Part shown: piece by piece, positions 49,368 through 61,553 of the stretch | Numbering within the stretch: position 1 is the stretch's first letter | Layout of the letters: each line of letters opens with the position of its first letter | Source of the DNA: Cystobasidiomycetes sp. EMM_F5 | Taxonomy: Eukaryota | Assembly: GCA_051047955.1 (NCBI GenBank) | Contig: JBPGPT010000015.1 | Coordinates: forward strand, 186,001-250,000 | Reading direction: 5' to 3' | DNA: 64,000 bases | Translations under genes and position numbers: made by a program | Notes under the pieces: generated by a model | Told to the model about the DNA's origin: nothing | The model's database searches: none | What the model saw: only the letters and a program-made list of their open reading frames with translations

Positions 49368-51106
49368 GAGATGCGCCATATGGCCATACGAGAGGACGGC
49401 ATAGCATTCGGTAATGTGGTTCGAGGCAAAGCCGCAGCACCGGTATTTAGTCTTGAATCTTGAAGTAACATGCTAGTGTCACAGGACTCCAGGTCGTCAT
49501 CTGATAAATCTGAGTCCGAAGCGCTTTCGCTTGTTCCGCTATCATCAACCAGCAGTCTCCTAGAACCAGAAGCAGTCAATAAGTACGGGAGGTAAGGATG
49601 CAAAGAGGCAGAGGATATTGTGTCTGCAAATGGAGATCAATCAGTCGATAAGCCTTGTATTGCACGGAGTTGCGCGACCACACCATTATCAAGCTTGAAC
49701 GAATGTGCTGGTTTTTCGGAGACTAAATCTTGGGTGTCGAAGAAGTGCACAGACCCATTCTGCAATCATTATCAATATCTATCTATCAGCTCACGTTCTC
49801 GCTGACGCGTATCGCTGGACTGACAGTATCGCCCGTAGTAAGCCATCTTCCCCTTGCATCGATGCTAAATTGTAACCGTTGGTTCGTCGTGCCTGGTCGA
49901 TGGTACTCCATAAGCGGAGCGTTAGTATTCCGCGTGTCCCAGACCATTATACGATCAGAATCTCTAGCGGCAGTATACAAGATTTCCGGAGATGCCGGAT
50001 GAAAGGTAGTTTGCGTAACTCCTCCGCCGAATGCCTCCTTGTCTTTGCTTTTGAGCGTGCAGATGGGTTTGGCCTCGCCTCCGGTCGTGTCGTATAGCCA
50101 GACGCTCCGCGAGTAAGAGCCAGCAGCCATGATTCCAGAATAATCAGGCGCGAAAGCGATACTCGAAATCAGGCCCTTTTGACCTGTTCGACTCTTGCGG
50201 GATGGTGATGTCGAGAAGCGAGTCCCGTTGTTGCCCGGGTTCCCAACATCAAAGGTCTCGATTGCCGAGTCAAAGCCGCAGTATAGTCTGCGTTATCTAT
50301 ACGTCAGATAGATTCTGTCTTGCCAAGCAAGACGTGGCTTACTTGCGTCCGTCAAGGGAGAAAGTCATGCATTGCGGACCGATGAACCGTTCTTGATGGT
50401 CAATGATTGGATAGGATGCTCGAATCTATTGTAGTAGCAAATTGTGGCATCAGCACAGCCCAACCGACACTTGAGTGCTGTATCAACTGACCTTGCCGGT
50501 TATTCCGTCCACAAGTGAGACAGGAACGTCTCTACAGCTTCGCACAAAGCAGAAGGTCTCTGGACGCTGCGAAGATGCAAATGGAAACCATTCTAGACCG
50601 AGTAGAGCTGCTGGACTGGCCGGCAGCGAGAGGTATGGCTGTAAAGTCTGAGCATCTGCCGCGCATGTATGACAATCGTTAGCACGAATTGTAGGGATTC
50701 GAAAGAGCCGAGCGTACCGACGCAATCCAGAAGGTCAGGCGGTCTGTATCATCCGAGTCAGACTGGATCTGCCACTGTAGCGAAACTCCGCGTTTACTTA
50801 CAGCGCAAATATTTTGGCTAGGCGATTCTCTTCATGCGTGAGCACACATGAGCCGTCCGGACACCTGTTTGCAGCATGCTGTCAGCCGATGAGGTCCTTC
50901 ACCTTGTTGTGTACGTACCATTTAGCACTTCGAAAAAAATTAGTAGCGGAGGTTGTAGCCGCGGCGGAGGCGGAGGCAGAGGCGATGAGTTGTGGAGGTA
51001 TAGAGAAGCTATATTGTGAAATTTGTGTGACGGAATCTTCTACGCCTTCAGTTTCTGCGGCAGGATGACCTGTGTCGTCAGTTGCATCGGCTTGTGGATC
51101 TTGCAT
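49364..51106 (-). CDS. WD40 protein, TCAB1/WRAP53/Swt21-like
   Basis: NFFRSAKW, FVRSCRDVPVSLVDG, YPIIDHQERFIGP, GFDSAIETFD, GQKGLISSIAF, AAGSYS, TNQRLQFSID and HPYLPYLLTASGSR. Confidence 0.85.
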
Positions 51107-51325
51107 CAGTGTTGGCTGGGGAGTCAGAGGAGCAGAGTGCTGGGAAGGTGATGTGGAGAGTGAACCAGAACAAGCAATACTTGTTACTATTGAGCTGTCG
51201 CTTCGCCTACAAGTACAGGCACAAATCCAAAATATACGCGCTTTCCGTTCTGACCATCACACCACTCCAAAGAGCATAATTACTTTACAAGCCAAAGTGC
51301 AGCACCAGCTCGTCAATCTTCAAAC

Positions 51326-52125
51326 ATGTCTGAAGCCACATCGCCCCAGAAACGCTCGGTCGAGGACGTGACTGCCGCAGAGACGGCCGATGAGTCTAAG
51401 CGGTGAGGCATTGTTTGAGACTTAGCGACAAAGGTGCATGACACTGACAGTATGACTCGTATGCGCCAGATCAAAGGCCGACGCAAAGTCTGGAAACGAC
51501 GACGATGCTGCCCCCGAAGCTGGACCTAGCGAAGGCCAGGAAGTAGAGGACGACGACAACATCGACGAAGGTGCGCAGTACCACTCTGCAGACGTGTATT
51601 ACTAGCAGTGCACGTAACAACGGGCTGTAGGCTGGTCTGTCCAGCCTAGTTGCAAATCGTCGCCCTTCTACGCGTCCGGTCTACACGTTCCTGTGTTTAT
51701 GCAAACACAGGCATCTCAAGACTGTGTCCTGACATTGATTTGGACTCGTTATCAGATGAACTCGCAGCTCTGGACACAGCAAACATCATCTCTGGCCCCA
51801 GAACGCGTGAGTCTCGTACATTCCCGCAGCCGTAGCGTTCTCATACTGACCGAATTTAATACACGCAGGCGGAAAGAAGATTGATTTCCGCAAGGCATCC
51901 GAGGAGGCCGGCGGAGAGGATGAGGTGCGACTTTGTTATGTTGTCCGCACCCTTATCTTCTGTATCTCACGCGCTTTATTGACACAGGACGACGAGGAGG
52001 ACGCAGACGTGACTGCCAACACGACCATGCCCAAGTCCGACGAGGAATCTGAGGAAGAGGAGGAAGAAGAAGTCGAAGTTGAAGGAGACGACGCAGCTGG
52101 CGAGTCTGCTAAAAAGGCTGAGTGA
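51326..52125 (+). CDS. CHZ1: Histone H2A.Z chaperone Chz1-like acidic protein
   Basis: The spliced DELAALDTANIISGPRTR/GKKIDFRKA matches the CHZ motif and is flanked by D/E-rich sequence. Confidence 0.75.
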
Positions 52126-52474
52126 TGGCCGTTTCTTCGTGGACTATCGAACTTCCTGGTCAAAAGCATACCGGGCATTCAAGGAAGTACTGTCGTTTCG
52201 AAAACTTCACCTCTTCATGGCGATTAAGACAAGGAAGCTGCTCAGTACATCTCTTTCGTGCTAGGAAATCGCAATCAAAAGCTTTCGTTGTAGTGACTGC
52301 CACACAAACCAAATTACTGCGCTGTGCTTGATGTAGCCAGCATGCACCGTGTTGGACCATGTGTTGGATTGTGGTACGACCTCTCGCCTACTGACTACAC
52401 TTCGTCTAGTACTGCCTTCCGATTCCTGAAGCGATACACAATCTACTGATCATCTGCCAGATTCTTGTCCTGAC

Positions 52475-53137
52475 CTATGCACTCGATGAAGCAGGTGCCC
52501 TCCCAGTCTGAGCAGCTTTGACAATCTTGATCAGCAGTTCGTCTACAACTTCTTCATATTCTGCGAGAAACACATCTCCCGCATTGCCATTTCCAACTCT
52601 TGCATCTCCCACAATATACTCTTTGAACGGCAGCTTGATTGCGACCTCGCCATTCGAAATAACGTTTGCATCGACTCCACCAGCTAGGACTTGCTGTAGT
52701 TGAGCGTGCGCTTTGGCTCCTCCCTGTTTGCCGCCGTAGCTCAAGATGATGATGGGTAGACCGTGCCATTCGTGAAAGAGCTGGTCGATGGCATTCTTCA
52801 ATTCACCAGGGTAGCCCCAGTTGTACTGAGGTGTGATGACGATGAGTGCAGACAGAGCAAGGATGGTTTCCGACCACTTTTGAATGCGCTCATCTGGATA
52901 CTGGACTGATGACTTGACTTTGGCGGGCATGACGTCCGACACGAAGGGCCCTTGTGGGAGAGAAGGAGTGGTAGAGTAGTCGAGGATGGAGGTGCTCATG
53001 TTTGTTTCAGATCCGCTGGCCGCGATAGTGCTGTTGAGCCGCTCAGCAATCCAGCGAGTAATGCCGTGTCCGTTGCCATTTGGACGGAAGCTGCCATTGA
53101 GTATGCCTATACGTGCAGTGCTTGTTGCAGTAGACAT
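52475..53137 (-). CDS. NADPH-dependent FMN reductase (flavodoxin-like, Lot6/SsuE family), intronless
   Basis: IGILNGSFRP, LIVITPQYNWGYPGELKNAIDQLFHEW and ILSYGG. Confidence 0.88.
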   Translation of the reverse strand: MSTATSTARIGILNGSFRPNGNGHGITRWIAERLNSTIAASGSETNMSTSILDYSTTPSLPQGPFVSDVMPAKVKSSVQYPDERIQKWSETILALSALIVITPQYNWGYPGELKNAIDQLFHEWHGLPIIILSYGGKQGGAKAHAQLQQVLAGGVDANVISNGEVAIKLPFKEYIVGDARVGNGNAGDVFLAEYEEVVDELLIKIVKAAQTGRAPASSSA

Positions 53138-53747
53138 GGCGTATGGCTTGTGAAGGGTGTAGTTGTTGACGGATATAAATAGAATGTATGCTCGTTCCAG
53201 TAATGTGGTTTGGGAAAAGTAACAGGAGCAGGCTGCAGGACAGCTGGCGGATACTTGTGTGAGAGTAAAAGCCAAGCACACTGCTGTACTGCTTGGAGCG
53301 ACTGTTCGGAGTCGTGTCTGTCCAAGTCAGCAGTCCCCGAGCAATCACCGAACAGGGCTCCTTCCGCAAAACCCGGGAGCAAGATGCGCTCGCTCACTCG
53401 GACGTAGCGCACGCAAGGAGGGTCAGCTAAGTTGTGCCGCACTGCCTTGCCGTCATAAGCTCATGGCTGCTCTCGCTGGGTGGACGTTTGCATTGCAAGA
53501 GGTCTGTGCGTCGTGATAATGGTTGGGAGCCTGTCGGATAAAGTCCACGGTGTTGCTGCTTCGAGTGCGCGCAAGTTATCAACATGTAGCATACACGGAT
53601 TGAGGTAGAAGCAATGTCGAGCAGATGACCACAGAAAGCTGTCACTTTGCTTCCTCGATCAAGAGGTGACAGCTAGAGCTCTCCGCATAGCAGGCTAACT
53701 TAGCTCTTCAAAACAGCATGAAATGATTTGAGGAGCGCTGCGCAACC

Positions 53748-56700
53748 ATGAACACCAGTTACACCGCAGAGGCGTCGACCTCCAAGCTGCCTAGTCAGCC
53801 GCAGGCTTGCGAGTGAGTATGAAGAGCACCCGCCGTGAAGTCCGGTTAGGTTTACTGATTTCGACCGGATGGCTTTCCAACGTTTGCAGCCAGTGCTCTG
53901 CCGTCAGTGAGTGTAGACGGCGTCTCTCTGATTCACTGATTCACTGGCTCACGCTTCGTTTGGCTGCCATAGAACGAAAGTGCATTCCAGCAGGAAACGG
54001 CTGCAAAGCATGCTTAGCGGCAGGAAAGTCGTGTACGTTCGAAAGAGTTCGCAGAAAGCGAGGACCGAGAAGAGGACATGCGCAAGAGACGGAATCCCGG
54101 ATGGAACGCATGGCAACGGCGCTTCGAAATGTACTGGCCAAATGCGACTCGGATACCGAAAGCATGATTCGAGAGTAGGCTAGAGATGGAAATGCTCACG
54201 AGAATGTCTCTAAATGTTTCATTACACTCAGGACACTGCTAGAGGAAGATTTACTGCTACCGAGCCCGCAAGCCCGGGAGACAAGTCTGGGAAGGATAGA
54301 CAAGCGTTCAGAGGATGCCGAGTCTAGCTTGACCGACATGGCAGGCGTGCTGACACTCAATGACAATTCCGAACTCCGATACTTTGGCAAGATGAGCGGG
54401 CTCAATCTGCTAGATCAGCCGTCATCGCCTACCGGCACATTCCCCTTGCCACGCACCATTCGCTTGACGCTACTCCCCGAACAGCAAGCCCATAGCAGAT
54501 CCGCTATACCCTCTGCACCCTTCTCTTCCGCTCCCGTCATGGAACAAGCCAACTCTGTTCCCTTGCTACCCTTCGCAGCTTCCAACAGCAGCGGCATGTA
54601 CACTTTACCCGATGCCGTCACACAGTCCCGCTTGTTGACAGCTTACTGGGCTCATGTGCACCCACATCTACCGATCCTATACCGCCCAGCTCTGACAGAC
54701 CGTCTACCGCGTCCATCGACCTTTTCATCAACAGAACCGCTAGGCAGTAAAGACGATCTATGTCCCCCTTTTCTCGCACTGGCTGTATTTGCAGTAGCAG
54801 CACGTTTCGTCAGAGATGGACAAGAGACACCGCGCGCTGGAGCACACTGGGCAGCCGGTGATAAATACGTAGCACAGGCGAAATGGCTCCTGGCAAATGA
54901 AGAATTCAATTTTAGGGATCTGGGCAGTTCTCGTCTCACCACGGTCCAAGGCTTGCTCTTGCTCGCTTACAGAGAAGCTGGAATCGGAGCAATGTGTCAT
55001 TCTTGGTTGTGAGTCTGTCTTTTTCCGAGCATGGTGTGCATTCTGATGCCATCTGTACAGCTTGGGCGGAAGTGGTGTGTCTGTTTCTACCGTGCAACAC
55101 CCTTTAACTGCGGTACAATAACATATTCTTCGATCACAGCTTTTCGCATGGCAGTGGATATTGCGCTGTATCGGGATCCGGATCTTCTCAGTCAAAATGC
55201 CGCCCTCCTGCCATACGAGATCAAGGAAAGCAGAAAGCGGACATGGTTTGGTTGTGTGGCTTTCGATAGGTGAAGGAAACCTCCTGAGTATATGAACGAA
55301 ATTGTCTGACGAAATTTTCTTACATAGGTATATCTGCATGTGTACGTTGACGGCCATTTACCAATTGCAATTGAGCAGAACTGACCATTATGATGCCATA
55401 GATATGGGGCGGCCAATGACACTCATGGAGAAAGACTGGGATACAGGTCTGCCCGGTACCGATGAGCCTGACGAGCACGAGAGATGGAGACCTGTTCCAT
55501 TATTCGCAGCCGATTCTACTACAGACTCCGGTCGACAAAGCACGAAAGCGCATGCTATCTCGTGCTTCAACCATGCTACACGCTTAAACGTGATTCTGGC
55601 GCGAGTTGCAGACGATCTGTATGCTATTCGGAAAGATCGCTTAGCAGCTGATCCAGTCACGCTGTTGAGAAAGCGGGAGCAGGAACTTAGGACGTTTATG
55701 GAAGATCTGCCACCTCATTTGCATTGCTCGATGGAAGAAGGCCATATGCCAGCTCCACACATCATTGTTTTGCACTGTCAATATTATTGCATACAGATTC
55801 TCATACACATGCCATTGTGAGTAATGTTAGATATCTTGGCGCAAGTTGTAGCTAATATCATACGATAGCATCTTCAGTGCCGAGATTGCTCAGCGTAGCA
55901 CTGACGCCGTAGCAATCGCTGCTAGCCGAATCGCCAGGTGAGTAATATCCAACTGAACTGCGGTCAGAGTTATCATCAGAGTTACCACTGACATCTCACG
56001 CGCTAGACTCGTCGTCTTGCATGATCAGCTCTACGGCATGACACAAACAGCACCCTTCATGGTATTTTACATTTGGTCAGCTGGTCTTGTTCATGTAAGT
56101 CTACTTTGGACTGGCGAGACTCTCCAGACCTGACGCGAATGGCATCTCGGTAGCTCTTCCTGGTCACTCGGCACAAGGACCGCATGGAATCGCGAGATCA
56201 TCTCAAATCCTGCATCAATGCCCTTGAGAAGATGGAAACAACATGGGGTGGGGCGTCACGGCAGCGCGAAATGTTGCTTGCCCCATTTCAGAATCACCCA
56301 AGGCCTGGTCGCGATTCTGCGGCTCTCAACGGCAACGGCAACGGCGTTCACAATGGAAAAGGCAGAGACGACGACGATACTCGAATACAACAGGAGTATC
56401 CTGATTATCAAGATAGTGACCGACGCACGCGACCTCGCTTTGCGGACGGATACGTTACCCCGAAGCGAGAGGAGGTGTCACCGTCAGGGGCTGCTTTGCA
56501 CGCAACTCAGGCCAGTACCAACGCTTTGTCAAGTCTGCTGCCTCAGATGGACGCGCAGTACCCACTGAACCCGAATGCCACGACTACAACGTCTGGTCTA
56601 CAGTCTGATTTTACGTTCACGCTTGGTACAGAGGACCCGTTCTATCCGTTGTGGGCGGCCGTACCAATTGCCCCAAATGCCGGCTACTCGCCTCTCGATG

Positions 56701-56852
56701 CAACAGGATATCTTTCAAATAGTCTAGATGACTATATGCAATCTCTGCAGCCGGACTACGAGAATCACCTGTATCTACCTCCACTTTCGTATTTCCTGGC
56801 AAGCCCAGACCAAACGCCAGGCAACAACACCCCGGCGCAACATCAGATGTAG
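53748..56852 (+). CDS. Zn(II)2Cys6 transcription factor with a fungal-specific TF domain
   Basis: Spliced ACDQCSAVKRKC...CKAC...CTF...RRKRGP zinc cluster, then YFGKMSG, YWAHVHPHLPIL, VQGLLLLA, RKRTWF...DR and MGRP. Confidence 0.9.
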
Positions 56853-57020
56853 TCAATAACGTGTAGCATAGCTGTCGATGAAGCGGAGCCATGGTGATTA
56901 GCTACGAGTGTTCGTGCGCTGTTGCCTCCAAGCGTAAATAGGGGTACGTCACGGTAGTTGGAGACCGACTAGTCGCTTGTAGCCCAGGTCTGCACCAAGT
57001 CAGTGCATTCATTGGCAAAC

Positions 57021-60000
57021 ATGTCTGGTCGAGTGCGCAAAGCATCGTATTGCGGTCGTTAGATCTGCGCATCGCTGACTGAGTTCTCTGTATGCATTGC
57101 AGAGCACCGGCATGTCGAGCTACCCGACGACAAACAGGACACCGCTTGCAAAGGTGGGCGCATATAGGATGGCACTCGCACTGGTCCAGCTGATGCGATG
57201 CTTGCGTTGATGTAGCACTTTCGTGGTATCACCCTCAACACTCGATTTGGGACAGCCGAAGATGGCCACTATGACGGTTTCAACCTGACGAGCGCGCTCT
57301 TCAAGGGTAAGTTGGCTTGTTTCCTCCGCGACAATACCCTGCGCCTGTGAAATCAAGCAACTGGCTGACTAGTATTTGTATCGTCACCGGCTAGCGCGAT
57401 TCGATGATGCTGACCATGTCAAGATGGAGGTCTGGCACGCTCCAGGACGAAGCAAACCAACCTTCAAAGAAGCCAAGCGCGCAAAGTATCAGCCGCTCAA
57501 GAAAGGTGACCAATTTGGACCGTCTTGGACGAATCATTGGGTCCGTATTGACTGTAGAAGTCACTAATGACAGCCGCTAATCTCTGGACATATCGTTCAC
57601 AGGTTCGTATACATCTTACAGTTCCAAAGGAGTATCAGAAAGAGGAGCGAGTGCAGCTGGAATTTGACCCATCGTGGGACAGAAACGCTCTTCTGCAACG
57701 AAGTAAACTGACAATTGTATTCTGCAGATGCGAAGCTATGGTGTACAGTACGGAAGGCTTGCCTCTACAAGGATTGACAGGAGGAAGAAACGATGAACGA
57801 CGTGTCGAGTTCATTCTAAAGGAGACCCGATACCCGCAAACGTTTTATATCGAGGTGTCAGCCAATGGCAAGGCAGGAGGCATAACACTAGAATGACAGA
57901 ACTGACATTCCCCACAGAACTTTTCGGCGTTGCTGGCGGTCAAGATCATGGTCCCGATCCCAATGTCTACTTTACAGTATGTCTGATGGTGCAATAATCG
58001 ATGTTGCGATGCTAAAGATCCCATCAGCTCGAAGGCGCAGACATAGTGGTGCCACGTATGGAGGCTTGGCATATGCTGTGGGATTTCCGCATACTCAAAG
58101 ACCTTGCACGAGCTCTTCCGTCGGAGTCGCGACTCGGCTGTAAAGCCATGTACGCGGCAAACGAAATGCTAAATGTATATCGTCACGACGATTTGAGCAC
58201 TATTACGAAGGCTCGCAAGATTGCTGAAGGCATCATTGGAGCGGGTTGGCAAAAATTGGGCGACCGGGTGTACGAGCGATCCAGCGACGAGGTCATCTGG
58301 GCAATGTCGAATTGTCATATCGATACAGCCTGGCTTTGGCCTTTCAGTGTCACCCAGCAAAAGACGGCAAGATCTTGGAGCACGTAAGTAATCCAGACCG
58401 ACATTATAATGCTCGGCTGAAATGTCACGCCCCGCTATTGCCTAGACAATGCGATCTGATGGATCGCTACCCTGAACACCGATTCGTTGCAAGTCAAGCT
58501 CAGCAATTCAAGTGGCTTGAAGAGCAGTACCCATTGCTCTTCGACGTGATCAAGGGCGTTAGTATTGCTTACATGCCAGGATTGCCTGCCTCCGCTGAAT
58601 AGACTTGACATGCAGAAAGTGGAAGAGGGGAAATTTATGCCTATTGGAGGTGAGTACGCTGCTCGAGGAGTTATCGGAAGCCAGATTGAGCGCTTGTATA
58701 CAGGCAGTTGGGTGGAAAACGACACAAACATGCCAGCTGGCGAGTCTTTGTGCAGACAGATGATATTTGGCCAGCGATACTTCAAGTCCCGCTTTGGCAA
58801 GTATTGCGACGTTCACTGGCTTCCCGATACATTTGGGTATTCTAGCCAGTTGCCACAGATATGCCGGTTGGCAGGGATGGACTACTTCTTTACTCAAAAG
58901 CTATCGTGGAGTCAGTTCAACGGCTTCCCTCACACTACATTCAATTGGGTGGGAATTGACGGTAGTCAAGTGCTAACTCACATGACTCCTGTAAGTCACC
59001 ATCGCTTTTAGCAAGATCGCCATCGGCTCAAGTAATTACAGGTGAATACCTACAATGCTCAATGCACCATCGATGATGCAGTATCTGGCATCAAGAACCA
59101 CAAAAACCTAGAAGTTACCGACATCAGCCTCCTGCCGTTCGGTAACGGCGATGGCGGAGGTGGTGCGGTACCGCCAATGCTGGAACGTTTGCGGCGCATC
59201 AGATCGATTGCAAATCATAGTCCTGAGTTGCCCAAAATTGGGTACGGCAAAGATCGCAATGTCTCACAAATGTACAAAGCTATTCTGGCGCAGACCGAGT
59301 GGGTCCGAGCATAGACCTCTGCAGGTCGCATGCTAATATGAATGATCCCACAGTAATGGCAGCAAACTGCCGACCTGGATGGGCGAATTGTACCTAGAGT
59401 ATCATCGAGGTACATACACCAGTCATGGCAGCATCAAGCTACACAATCGAAAGAGCGAAGTTCTCCTGAAGGAGCTGGAGTATCTGGCAACTTTGGCATC
59501 CCTTCAAAGTGTAGACCAAAAGTACTTGTATCCGAAAGTAAGCATCATTTCGCAACGCAGAAGCCACGCTAAAACAGTATCGAGTATAGGCAGAGATTGA
59601 CCCGCTTTGGGAGAAGGTGCTGTTGTGCCAGTTCCACGACGTACTGCCGGGATCAGCCTTGGGGATGGTGCGTCTTTACAATTGCAAACCCCGATTAAAG
59701 TGCTGATTGTTCTCTTCAAGGTATATGAGGACGCAGAACGGCTGTACGCTGAGGTTCTTGGCAAAGGTAGGCGTAGCAATGCAGACACCTCATGACGCTT
59801 CTGACACGATACTTCCCAGCGACGGAGCTCATACACAACGCCGTCAAGGCCCTGATACCCAACGCACGAGCCGCTTGCAAAGCGAACGACAGTCCCTTCG
59901 CTATCAATGCCACCTTATTCCCGCATCGTCAAATAGTCAGCATGCCTACAGGCGCTGGTAGGCATTTGTCTGTGAGGGATACGCAGCGGCACGAGCAACA

Positions 60001-61417
60001 CACTCTAGCTGTGATGGAGGATCCTCACGGAGACGGCTTCGCAGTTCCTGCAAATGTCTTACCCGATATCCCGGCAACGTGCAGTTATGCTGACGGAAAC
60101 TGGGTTCTGGCCAACGAATCTATTGAAGTTAAAATCGGTCAGAACGGTCGCATCACCAGCGTGTATGACTTAAAGGACGAGTAAGCGCGTGAAATCAGCT
60201 GCAGAGACCTGTTACTGAATGCTTCTTTCAGACGCCAACTGATCACGCCAGGAAAATCCGCTGGATTTGTCATGTTCGAAGATATGCCAGGCACGTTCGA
60301 TGCTTGGGATGTTGATATTTATCACCTCGAGACTGCCAAACAATTGGAAGCTGCCTCCGTGTCAGTCTCCGCAGCCGGACCGCTGAGAGCTGGCGTGACT
60401 ACCACATACGAATATGGTGGCTCAAAGTGGCAGGTTAGTAGAGTTATCTACTTCGTGCTTACTCCGCTTTCAGGCTGATCTTGCTTCGATAGACGACCAT
60501 CCACCTCGACGCAATCGCTGCGACAGACGATGCGCTCAGTATGATCAACCTGGTGACGAAAATTGATTGGCGAGAAAGACATCGCTTCCTCAAGTGGGAA
60601 GCCCCGCTAGAAATCTTTTCTACCGAAGCCTTCTATGAAACGCAATTCGGCTATCTGTCGCGGCCAACGCACCGTAATACGACATGGGACGCAGCGAAAT
60701 TCGAGGTAAGCCTTGTCTAAAGTCGTTTCTTATAGATAAAGCGAAACCTGACATCGGCGGAAGGTCTGTGCGCACAAATATGTGGACCTCTCGGAATACG
60801 GGTACGGAGTCGCGCTGCTCAACGACTGCAAGTATGGGTTCGCCGTTGCAGGCAACGTCATGCGCATATCGCTTTTGCGCTCAGCTACTGGTCCAGGTGA
60901 CATTAAATCCTCACAGTTCGCAGATGTCAATGACTGAAAATCTCCTACAGATCCAGAGCAGGACCAAGGCGAGCATCATTTCCAATTCGCTCTCCTTCCA
61001 CATAAGGATCACTTCTATCAGAGTAGCGTTCCTCAGATCGCTGCCGCATACAACTCTCCCATGCGCGTCCAGTACATCGACCGCGAGGATGCGCGATGGC
61101 TAGCGAGCAGCGTGCCTACTATTGTTCGAGTGGAGAAGGCGCCGAACGTCATCTTAGACACTATCAAGCGCGGAGACGACGACGATTTCCTTTCTGCTTC
61201 TGCCGCGAAGACCGTCGTATGTCGACTTTACGAAAGCAAAGGCGGCCACGCAAGAGCAGTCATTTCATCCACGTTGCCGATCAAGGCGGCTAGAATAGTC
61301 GATCTGCTCGAAAGGCCTGTAGCCGAAGTCAACTTGAAGAGCAGTCAGGACGGGCAGCATAGCTTCACAGTCGACTTCAGGGGTTTCGAAGTCAAGACCA
61401 TATTGCTGGAAGTGTAA
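57021..61417 (+). CDS. AMS1: Alpha-mannosidase (GH38, Ams1-type)
   Basis: FGPSWTNHW, CHIDTAWLWP...KTARSWSTQ, WLPDTFGYSSQLPQ, FFTQKLSW, FGNGDGGGG, GELYLEYHRGTYTSH, QFHDVLPGS and WDAAKFEVC. Confidence 0.95.
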
Positions 61418-61553
61418 AGTAAAGATGCAATGCCCTCTAACTATGCGACTAAACTAGCCTCAAAACTGCTGTTGTAGACCATTCTTAAGTTCGACGCCCT
61501 GCACTGAACGCCTGGAGCGCATCAGAGTCACTTTGTTATGGGCCTCGGAGATG

